This document shows, in pieces, positions 29,901 through 41,900 of a DNA stretch of 64,000 nucleotides. Origin of the DNA: a virus; IMG/VR virus record IMGVR_UViG_3300035204_001773, positions 45,212 to 109,211 of that record. One strand, written 5' to 3'. Below the pieces are notes generated by a model. It was not told where the DNA came from. It searched no databases and was given only the letters and a program-made list of their open reading frames with translations. The first letter of the stretch is position 1. Every line of letters starts with the position of its first letter. A program made the translations under genes and the position numbers.

Positions 29901-32900
29901 TACCTCCTTCTTGCTTGAAATCCGGATCTAGTGCCTTCATTCTTTCAACGTTTTGTTGAGACAGTTCAACAACGTTCCCTCTTGCGCTGGGTCCCCCGCC
30001 CGCACGGCTCATGGAACGGTCCGTGAGTATAGCTGCTAACGAACTCACCCGACTGGAAGGCGCTCTCACACTACCAGACCACTTGCCACCAGCCCCATCA
30101 TTTGCTGATCGACCAACAGAGAAATTAGCCGCTTTATTCATTGCTGAAAGCTCTCGAATCCTCAGTCTATTCTTTCCGTGACCTTTTTTCGCACTCTTAG
30201 TTTGCTCAGCCAAACTCGCTATTACTTTGTCGAAACTCCTTGCGGACCCCAGTTTCTTCAGCAGCCCCTTTTTCTGAAGCAACTTTATTTGATCGTCAGT
30301 AAGACCTAATTGATCTTTTAAAACATTTGGATCCTGAAGAGCTCTTCTAGCAAGCCTTCTGTCTTTGGCGGCTTCTTTCCGCTCATGAGCTTTTCTTTCC
30401 TTGGGGGTCATCGCCTGCTCCCTCGCACCCTCAGTAATCCAAGAAGGTACCAAGCTTCGTTTTCCTGTCCAGAAATTTTCTCCCTTTGCAACCAATGGTA
30501 ATTGAGATGCAAATCTGCCCGTCATTCTTCCTAGCGCTCCAAACATTCCCTCTCGCTTACCTCCGGGTAATCCCGTTCTTGCATCTGGGAAAAGACGCCT
30601 CATCTCTTCTCCTCTACCACCTTGTCTGCCTATTTTAAATCCTTCCATGACAGGGCTTTTCTGAAGGTGCTTGTTCATTAATCCGCCGAATCTGGAAGGT
30701 AAATTTTTCAACCATTCCTTGGTAACTCCAGCACCTATTCTAGCGCGCCTTGCGAGCCACTCAGATCTAGACATGTTATTAGCAGCAGGGCCCTTTTTCA
30801 ATTGTTCCATTGGAATAGTGTTTCGCACCAATCGGCCACGGTATCCAGAGCCTTCTTTTGAAAATTTCATGCGCTCGGGCTTATCAAGATTTAATGCTCC
30901 AGCCTTCCACCCCTTCTTAATGTCTGCGAATGATTTACCGCCCGCTTCTTTTAATCTACCCGGAATACTACCCAATTTCTTCTTCAGGTTTTTCATGTAA
31001 TCCATCGCCAAAACACTTTTCATGCCCGCTTTTGTATATGCATCGCGGGTTTTCATTTGGGCTCTTTGATTCTGTCTCTCTTCTGGAGAGATTTTTTGCA
31101 TAAATCTCCGGCCACGTTTAAAATTATCGTATGGTTTTCTTAATCTTTCTGCTAAAGTGGGTTTCTTTTTATCTAATCCACTAGTATCAATCTTAGTGCC
31201 TGATGTAGCTGCTTGTAATTGTGCGGCTTGCTTTGGGGTACCAAATAAGTTCTTCAAGAAGTCCCCGGCCTGAATAGTTTTTATTCCTAATTTAGTAGCA
31301 AGACTTCTAGATTTAAATTCCGGCATAGCCATCAACGAATTTCTCTGGGGGCCGGATAATTTACCGAAAAATCTCCTAGCTCTGCTGAAGTCACCACGGA
31401 ATTTTTTGCCCTTAGAAACCAGTGGGGATCTATTAAAATCAAAGAAAGATGCAGCAGCTTTATGTACGCTACCCACGGCTTTACCAACTGGCGAAGATTT
31501 TACAGTCTCTCCCGCATCAACTAATCCAGTGGCGATTTGATGCTGTAATTTTTTAACTAGATCTTGTCCACCCTTTATGCCTGCTCCGAATTTCCGCATT
31601 CGGGAATGTTCTACTTTACCTTGGAATCCGCCGTGCTGCCTTCCAGTAGGTTGGCCAGCACCAAATCTATATCCCTTCACAAGCTCAGTCTGATTAAACC
31701 TAGCCTTCATAGAATTAAGTTTACTCTTCGACCATGTCTTAAAATTATCCTTACCTCTGCCAATTCCGTCTACTAAACTGGTGCTTAAATTTTTGAAAGT
31801 TGCACCAAGTTTTTGCGCCCCACTAGCTTTAACCTCTGGGGCACCGGGCATGGCAATGTTAAATTTTCTCAAATTCCCGCTCTTGAACCCATGCTTAAAG
31901 TCTCCCAACATCCCCTTAGCGCCCGCATGACCCTCTATAATTTTATTTAAGATGGGGGACTTTTGCATGTTTACTAAGTTCTTGGCAAACTGTTGTCCTT
32001 GACCTAATGCAGATTTAAGATGTTGCACTGAAGCTGCTGCACCCTTACCGAGACCCTCTGTTCTTAAAGCTGAGTCAGTTGCTACAAAGGCTCCCTTTGC
32101 TCCTCCGGTATATCCATGCTTAAAGGCTCCCACTTGATTCCAGAAGTTCGTCTTTACGGAACCGGTAGCTTTACTAACTTGAGACTTTATTGATTTAGCT
32201 AAGGACTCTGCAGATCCCACGCTCGCTCCGATTCTTGTCATTCTATTTCTAGATTTTATTTGTTCCTTTTGATTCTTTATCTCATCGAACTTCATCTTTC
32301 CAGTAAATCTTTTACCTCTTGAAAAGTCTTGCTTGTACCCCCTTAATGCTTTAAGAATTGGGGATCTGCTTAAATTAGTAAACTTTTTACTTAAGTCTGA
32401 TATCTGTCCTCCTGTAAATTTCACGCCTCTATACAATGGAGATTTCCTCAAATCAGCAAGGCCAGTTAACATTCTTCCTGCTCGAGAATTAAAAAATTTC
32501 TCGCTCATTTTTAAAGCCGGTTTGTTTGAATCAGCTTGGATTGTACCCATGTTTTTCTCGCCATGAATACTTAGCGCGGTGGTTTTCGGAACTCTACCAA
32601 ATTTCTCTCTCGCAAAATTCATAAACCTTTCTTTAAGTTGAGAAGGATGTACATTCTTTTCTCTAAGCAGGTGAGGAACGGCGACCTTCAAAAAGTCTTT
32701 CGCCATAACCCAATTACCTTTTGCGCCCATTCTTTCGGCCATTCTTTGAGTACTATATGTTTTATACTCTTCATCAATAGAACCAAGTTGAACCCTGTTT
32801 CCTATTTCTTTTATCATGCGCTGATAACCGGCCTGACCCTTAACCATTTTAAATAGCTTTTGACGACTGAAGCTTCCATCTTTATTTAAGAAGCGCTTAT

Positions 32901-35900
32901 CACCCGGTTTAATTTCTATATCATTCATCTGTTGAGACAACATTTTGGAAAATTGATCAGCCATCTCGGGCGGCAAACCACTAAACGCATTCATTGCGAG
33001 GCGACTTGGGCTAACGGTTACGCTTTTGCCCGTTGCAAGAGCCTTATTGTAAGCCTCTCCCAGACCACCCATAACCTGCCTATGTGTCCGCTTCATCCAT
33101 GCCCTTTTCGAGAATCCGCCCTTCGTTGACGTTTTTGCCTGATCCATCAAGCTTTTGTCAGGAGCAGTATCGCCCAGTCTCTGCCTCATGAATTCATCAG
33201 GAGACATAGTACCCATTCTATGCTCTGCTGCGCCACCCTTTTGGCCGACGCCTGCTTGTTGTTGAGACAACTCCACTTGCGCACCCATGCTTTTCAATAA
33301 GTATTGACTCGCTGCATTCTTTGATGCTTCACCACCCAAGTTTTGCGCTGCCTTGCCACTCTCTAATGCGTGAGTCATTTCATGAACTATTAAACCTCTT
33401 TGCACATTTCGTGCCATTTGACCAGCGCCACCTTTTTGTTTTCCTGCTTTTACAATTTCATCATCAACCACCACCTGATTCTTCGTGGCATCCCACCAGC
33501 CACCCCAGCGTGCTCCACTTGCACCACCGGGTTTGTTAGTCGTATTTTGCTTAGTTATATCCCAATTTTGTTTAACTGCATTAGCGTAATCTTTTTTGAT
33601 ACTTTCCCCAAGAACCCCAGTGGGAGATCCAGTTTTCTTGGCCATATTTTGCTCGTATAGATTACTTAATTTTATTGATTCGAACATGGCGTATCTTTTA
33701 GACATACCACCGACAAGTTTTCCTATCTTACCTTCTGCAAAATAATTAGTAAATAGCTTTCCGTGAAGTTTATTCAAAGCGCCTGCGCCCATACCTTTCA
33801 CCTTGTCTACGATAGGCCCGCCAATTTTTCTAGCACCTTCCGCCATTGACGACTTCCAACTTCTCCACGTATCTTTTATATTAAAGGGCATTTTATACCT
33901 AGAAGCCATGTTCATGGCTTCTTTAATGCTCATGCCAACGCCGCCAAGTCCCGCAGATGTTTTCTTTCCTAAATTAGTAAACCACTTAGCCGTGTTCCTG
34001 ACCCAATTATTTTTAGAATCCTTCTTTACTTGTGCGGCTTTCTTCGGTTTTTTCTGCTTCACCTTTTCTGGTGCGTCTGTTAAAGCGCTCCCCATAAAAT
34101 AAGGAGACAAGCCTGCGTAAAATGCGTTCATAGCTCTCCAACTATGCTCTTCTTCTCCTGCTAGATTAATCGCTTGTCCCCCCATGGGAGTATCCAATAC
34201 CATTTGTTTTCGCGAACCACCAGTGCCAAGGGGTCCACCGCGTGCGCCAAACCATGTACTATGATGACCACTTCTTCTATCTAGAACATTAGCTACGCCG
34301 CCTCGCACGCTTGTGCCACCGGGCAAACTATCAATGAGGCCCCTAGATCTCCCTTTTAATAGATCGTCGTAAAGATCTAGCATGTCAAGTTTTTCTTGGT
34401 TTGTGAATTTGGTACCACCCATTCCAAGCTTGTTCCATATATCCGCTTGGTATACTTGCCCGAAGCTACCCGTGCCCGGAACAAATCCACCCGCTGCGAA
34501 CGACATGGGAACCATTCCCTGCGCGTAAGTTTTTCTTCCGTGGTCTACGCGCAATTTACCTCTATCTTGTAACCATTTTCGTTGATCTTCATGAAGAAAT
34601 CTTCCTGTAGCGGGATCAAACCCAACAGGACGACCTCTTCCAGCGGGCATTAGGCTTGCTCCGCTAAGATTAGAGGGGTCTCCAAGAGTTCCATCAATTT
34701 TAGGGTCACGCCCACCGGTTTGGCCAAACGCCCATATCGCCGTCCTTTCGTCTAGCCCGCCACTGTCACCAAGAGCACCCAACTGGTAGGCAGGTATACC
34801 TGTTTCTAACGAATACAGATAACGATACGCTCTTTTCCAATCCTTGGGGCCATAATATTGTTGTATATATCTTCTAGTTAATTCTCTCTGCGCCCTTGGA
34901 TCTCTTCCTGTTTCTGGATCATTCCTTAAACTTGTAAGATATTCTCTTATTGGGGATAAATTAGCATAAGTATTCCCATCCGAACCCTTGACAGGTTTAT
35001 GAGCACCACCACGACCCATCATTTCTTGCTTTGTCCTAGCTTTAGAAGCGGCGGCTATACCCCCCAATGAGCCAGCGTTGATTCCCCATTTATTTGCTTC
35101 TTCTGACCATTTTTCTTTTGGGTTATTTTTTTGAATGAAAGAGTACATCAAGCGTGTCCACTCTCCGGAGTTTTTAGCTATTCCATTACTCTGTAGCATG
35201 CCATGAAACTCATTAATGGAAGTTCCAGAAGAAACAGATACGCTTGGCTGCGAGGGTGTTCTCAAATGGTATACCTGATTTCCCATTTTTCTAGCTCCTC
35301 GAACAAATTCGCTTCTAGTTCTTCCTCCTTGTTCGGGGATATGCAAAAAGCCGGGGAGATTTTCTTTTGGCTGCCCTAATGTAAAAAATTCGTTTTGCCC
35401 TCGAAACAAACTAAAGTTGCTAAGATTACCTTTTCTGATTTCTTCTTGTTCTGATTTAACTCTGTCAATAAAATCCTTTGTGTTATTCATGCCTACAGCG
35501 CCCATAGGCATGTTCAGAGCGATCTGAGGAGTTAAATTTATACCAGTACTACTTTTGATCCTCTGTTTAACGTTATCATATTTTTGCCAATCGAGGACAT
35601 TGTCTGATGTGAGCTCGGTGTGATTAACAATATCTGGATTTCTAGCAATAGCATCATGCCATTCAGAGTACCACTTTTCTAATTTGTCATATTTTACTTC
35701 TACTTTTCTAAGCCCATCTGTTGAAGGAAGCAAATCAGGAGATGGAGCAAAAACCTCAATTGGAGAGGGGGATCCTCCAGCAGCCAAGCTAGGAACCTTA
35801 TATGTAATTTTTTCTCCGGGGGTATACCCATCAGAAGCTACCGTGTAAGGATTAATTCCCCAAGCCGCTTTTGATCTTTGCTTGTGTGCCTTGCCAGCTT

Positions 35901-38900
35901 TACTAAATTCAGGAGGATTAATAAAAGGTTGACTTATTCCGGGAACACTAACAACGCTTTCAGCTGAGTTATAAGTAACATTCCCAACTCCAGAGATTTT
36001 CATATTTTTTATAGCGCCAGCCCTATATCCCCCCTCTAAAGCTTGCGATCTTTCTATGCTTGCGCTCAGTCCGCCACCACCGGGGACAAATCCATGAGCG
36101 GCTCGCGATTGCTTTTCTCTCAAAGCCTCTATTTCGCTTTCTGTTTGTCTTAGTCTTGCTCTTATTGGCCCCCTGTCTCGTTCATCCGCTGCTTGAAGTT
36201 CATTTTCTATTCGTCTTTTTTGTGCTTGTAATTGACCAAGCTTTTGGTGGGCTTGTAAATTTTCGTCCAATGTTTTAGCGGTTTGAGTGGCAACTCTAGG
36301 TTTTTTAACTCTTTGCCCTATTGAAAATGGAGAATCCTCTCCGTCTCTTTGTTCTCTTGCCGCTTGATCGAATACTCCTTGTAATCCACGAGCATGTGTT
36401 GAGGATATTCCAAATTTTCGCCCCGCGCCGGGTGCTTTAAGCATGTTAGCTATATCTGCTGCACTACCAGCGCCCTCGGTTTCAAAAATATTTTTTAACG
36501 TTCTCTTTCTCTGTTTAGCATCCATTCCTCCCATGGCGGCCATCATCTGTGGATCCATTGCGAGTTGACCTACTTGCATATCTGCATCTCGTTTTGCATC
36601 TTTCAGTTTCTTTTTGTTCGCCTCTCTATCGCCTTCTCTTTCGAATTGATCATACGCATCTTGCGCCCCTTGAACGCCTCTTCTTGCTGCTCCCATATCA
36701 GTAGAAGCGCTCGTTAACGCGGCTTGTGGATCGAAGTTAATTGCAGAAGCTAAATCTTTAGGTAATGACCCTAATCTTCCATCAATAGATTTTAATTGCT
36801 GCAACTGTTGCTTGTCTATAGCACCAGTCATGAATTCTTCATCGAATACATTAGCGACACTTTCTTCTGCTCTCCCAGCTTCACGTCTCATACCAGCGAC
36901 AACTCCGCGTGGAGCCCCTGCGGCTTCCGCTTGATCAGCCATCATGTTAAGCTGATTTGATCTGTCCTTACCCATTTGTTTAATGAAATCTCCTCTAAAT
37001 TTCATCAGATCCGGGAACTCTATCTGTAGTCTTCTTTGTACTTCTTCGGCGGTTTCAACTCCACCCCCTGCTTTCACCTGAGCCTCTTCTCTTCCTCCAA
37101 ACAAACTTCCACCCATCAGTCCCTTCAATCCTCTGAGCATTTCCGCAGTACCTTTTGCTTGTTGCCCTTTAAAATCAGCCCCAGCTTCTTGGGTTTTTTG
37201 CATACGTATTAATCCCTCTAGAAACCCTTCTATATCAGCGGTTTGCTTATCTGGATCTAAAAGTCCATCCATTCCTCCAAGCATCGAAACGTCACGCTTT
37301 CTTTGTCTTTCTTGTTTCTCAAATTCGAAAGCTTGTTTTGCTATATCAATCTGTGCTTGAGTATTTATACTTAATTCTTTAAGTTGTCTTAATACCTTCT
37401 GCCCCTCTTCTCTACTGCTTCTTACTAATCTATTTATTAATTTGGGCCCCAACGCGCTAGTGACGTCAGATCTTTCTGTAAATTTCTTTATAGCATCTGC
37501 GGTTTCTGTTGCGCTTAAATCTTTATTTTTTTCCATCATAGCAGTGAACTCTTGAGAAATTCTTCCTATGTCATCTGCCTGTGATCCCTTTTTCTTTTCT
37601 TGAAGTTTGGTTAGCTCACTTTGAAATTCGGAAAGCTGCTTGCCTCTTGCTCCTCTGGTTGCGTCTTGAGCCTTCGTAAACTGATCATTGCGAATTCCTG
37701 CCGTTTTAACTTGTAAACCAAAAGCGGACGCACCCATGGTGCCCCTTCTCATCATGCCCATGCCGCCCTTTAATCCTTCTATGTCGACCCTTCTTCTCGC
37801 GCCACCTTCAATATCTTTGATTTTTGTAACGAACATTAATGCGTCATTAAAATTTCGTTGAGCTTCCACGAACCCTTGTTTGGCTTGATCAAGAGCTTCT
37901 TTTAATTTTTCTGATTGTTTTCGAGCTTTCTCTCTCGCTGCATTACTTTCGTCATGTTTATCACTATTTTCTTTTTGCGCTTGAATTAATTTATCCATTT
38001 CTTTTGCGAGAATGGTTAACCCGCCCTTGCCTTCTAAATTCTGTATACCTTGCTGCGCGTTCGCATTAAGACTTAGGCCTGCATTTTCCAATATTGATAT
38101 GATTGCACTAGCATCATCGCCAGCGCTTTTAAGGCCCGGGCCTCCGGCTAATTTTGTCATGGCATCTCTATTTGAAAATGCACCTATCGAACTCAATACC
38201 TCCTTTGCATCTTCTTCAGCAGCCTTATTGTCTATCTTTGATCGTTTTGTACCAAAAGTTCCACCAGTTTCATATGGGTTGCCGAAATCCATCATGCCTA
38301 AAGTAAGACCTTCGGCAAGGGTCTTAAGGACTCCCGCATTGCCTTGCTGCTGTCTTTTGGTAAGATTGTCCCCGGCTACTTTCTGATTTCTATCTTCCTC
38401 TAGTCGCTGGCGAGCCTTTTCATAAGCTTCTTTTAATTGGTTTGCGCTTACAGCCATGCCCATGGCCATTCCTGCTTCTTCATCAATAGCGGTAATAGAA
38501 CCCATTAAGTCTAATAATTTCTTATCCAATCTTCGCATCGTTTCGAATGGGGCAGCGCCGTCTTGTTTAGCGGAGTTTAACTGGTCCCACGTAGACATAT
38601 ATTGAGACATGGCGTCATTTATTTCTGTATATTTTTCTTTAGCCGTCTCTGCGTCTTTAGCCATATCTTTCGCGTTCATCGCGATGTCTCGAATCCACGC
38701 GGTTGCTTTGTCTATACCAACGGCTAGAGCAGCCGCTCCGCCGACGACTCTTCCAAAAGTTCCCGGAAGGACAGCAACAATAGCAGAGAAAGAGTTCTGC
38801 ATCCCAACTAATGTATCTGTAACGCCCTTAGCTTCGGGCACAATTTCTCCCAAACTCATTCCTATCTGGGACATCATAAAGGATCTAGATAACTGATCCG

Positions 38901-41900
38901 AAGAAATATCAGAGTCTACCCTTTCTCTTCTAACGTCGGATAAACCCGCCGCTCCTATACCCACTTCTTCTCCAGCACTTCTCATACTTGAGGCGGTCAC
39001 CGTGGTTTTACCAGAAAGATTCGCTTTATCGCCTTCTACTTTTACTAATTCGCTTTCTACCTGCTCTAGTTGTGCCAACGTAACATTATATTCGTCAGAA
39101 CCTTTCTTCATTGTTTTCAAGGTTTTAACTAGAGCCTTCACCTCTTTTTCCATCGTTTTAACAGCTGGTTCTAAACCGCTCAACGGCGAACCGAGAACAC
39201 CTTTAGTTAGGTGTCCTCCGGCACGCACAGCTGCACCCATTTTACCCGACGTAAGAGTGGTTTCTTTTTCTTTTAACCAACGAGCGAATCCACCTTCTTC
39301 GTCATCATCAAGGAAATTTGGAATATAACCAGCCGCAGCTATTCCATAAGTGTTGGGATTTTTGCCTTCTTTTAGAGCTCGACTAACGCCTTGTCCAAGT
39401 CCTTTCTTTTCGTCAATATCGTTACCAACACCAAGGTTCAATGGGTTTGCGGTAATTCTTTTATCTTGCCCCAAGAAAATATGACTCTTCGCTTCTTGTC
39501 TGGAGATGTCTTCTCTAACTGATAAGGCATTTATTTCCCTTTCTTCTGCCTTTGCAACTTGCTCTTTTATACCCGGTGTCCATGCACTTCTTGTAAAATG
39601 TCCATCTGCAAAATTAGGAACATAACCTCGTGCGCCGTGTATTCCTCCAATTCTTTTTACTTCTTGTTCGCTTCTTGGAGAATGATGTTGCCATCCTCCC
39701 GCTGAAATTTTTTGTAATTCTTGGTCCGGACCATTCCAATGTTGTACATCGAAATAGATTGCTTTTTTCATTGCAAGATCTATAAGTCTAGCAACCGCTT
39801 CTTGTCCATTTCTGCCAGCGCCCAACTGCAAGCCAAGCCACCTCCGAGTCTTTTCTCGATTCATTAGGCGTTTCGTGCCATGTTTGGTTTCTCTTAAACC
39901 GCTCGACGCCTCACTTCTACGAGCAAGTTCACCTGCTGTGCCGGGGCTACCATCTGCAGGAGGAATCTCCGGCGCAGAACCGACCTCTTCGTCACCGGGT
40001 GTTAATTCTAACATGGCTCCGCGATGTTCTCCCCATCGTTGTGCGACACCCTCACTTCTACTTAATGAAGCAACTCCGGGTTGAGACTTTGTTCTAACGC
40101 TTTGATCAGCGAGCCACCCCTCAAAAGATCTTAGTGATTCTTCGGGAGTATTTCCTTCTCCGGCTTGTCTAGTTGTTGTTACGGTCTCTTGTTTCCAATC
40201 TGACCAACCCACGTTAGTGTAGGACATATCGGGTCTGCCATCTTCACCATATTGATATTCTCCTTCTTTGTATCCCCGAAAAAGATTTAGGAAGTTTGGT
40301 ATGAATCCTAAGCTCTTCATATTAGCTAAATTTTCTGGCTTAGCTAATTGTAAAATTCTTTCTACATCATTTATATTTGTAATTTTATCAAAGCCCTCAT
40401 CTAAAGTAGGAGCTTCAAAACGATTAAACATACCTTCAATAGCTGCATCTGGTATAGTTTTGCTACCGCCCTTGGCTTTTGTTAGTTCGGCTCTCCTCGC
40501 TGTAATCGCCTTAACAGCTGATATAACTTGCTGTTGTTTTTCGTCTGGTAATTGAGATATATCACTAAAGACTACCGCCTGTTTTTCGTACCCTTTAATA
40601 TCATTCTCATCGAACATATTTAAAGACATTGATCGTTCTCTTGCGGACATGTTTGTCATATCTACAGAAATATCTTTACCTGACTTACCAGCTTCCGCAA
40701 CCCTTTTGTCAAATTTATTTTGAATCTCGCTTCTAACTTGGCCTATTTTATCCCAAATTAATTTAGGTATCCAAGGCTGTTGTTCAGCTTTCTCTTCATC
40801 GTATTCTGGATTTATAACTGCTTTGCCATATTTAGGATGAGTTTGACCTAATCTAGTTCCCGCTGCGGGTGTCTCAAATGAGTCGTCATAAGTCAGTCCC
40901 ATGTCTTTAGTTACTTGATTGACTATGTCATCTCTACTTACGATGAAATCTTTCGGCGCGTTCTCTTTGAGCCAAGTTGATTTACCAACCCCCGGAGCAC
41001 CGACAAGTGTTCTTAATTTTCTCGCAAAGCTCGGGACATGTCCCCTACCAAATCCCATACCGCCCATGTCACCCGCTAATGCGCCCATTAATTCTCTATG
41101 AGCTTCTTGAGAAGACTCGCTTCGCCCATCATTAACGTCTCTCCCGTTAAATTTACTGCCCGGTCCCGCATTTATAAATCCACCTTCCCCAGCATGAGAT
41201 TCTCTTCTTCCTTTCAAATAAGCAGCGGCTTGAAAATGAAATCGCGTCCCGGCCCTTGGATCATAGGTTGCGGTCTTGCCTCCATCAGCACTAAAGGCAA
41301 CCGAATCATTTTTCAAATCTTGTCCTCTTGCCCACTTTTCAAAATTTGGGACAAAACCTCCTGCGCGACCCTTGCCCGTGCCCCCGGCTCGTTTGTCCAC
41401 GCCCCCCATCTGTAAATATTCCGCCTGTTCAGCCTCTGATAGATCACGCATTACTTGCTTCCGAATCGCCGCTTCTTCGTCTTGCTGGCTCATTCCATAA
41501 AGATTCACGCCTTTCCGTCTTAACGTCTGGCGTGCTTTTATCTCAAGTTGGTGAAAATGCTCCCTTCTATTCTTCCTATTTTTCTCGGTTTCTTCTCTTG
41601 TTGGCTGGATATTACCTTGTTCATCTATCGCGCCCAAACTCCTAAACTCAGGTTCATTACCCGTAAAGACAGCCTCTATAAAGCTGTGCCCCTTTGCTCC
41701 TATGCCAAAAATATTATCCCCACTAATTTTTGGACTATATTCATTAAAGAATTCTTTAAGGCTGTTAATAGAATTCTTGATCTCGTCTTCGTTCAACAAG
41801 TTGCCAAGGTTTCTTGCGCTCATCTTTTGGCTTGAGGGACGCTTGTTATCTTGTTTCGGAATAAATGATTTAATGGTTCTTTTAAGTCTTGCCCATAGAG

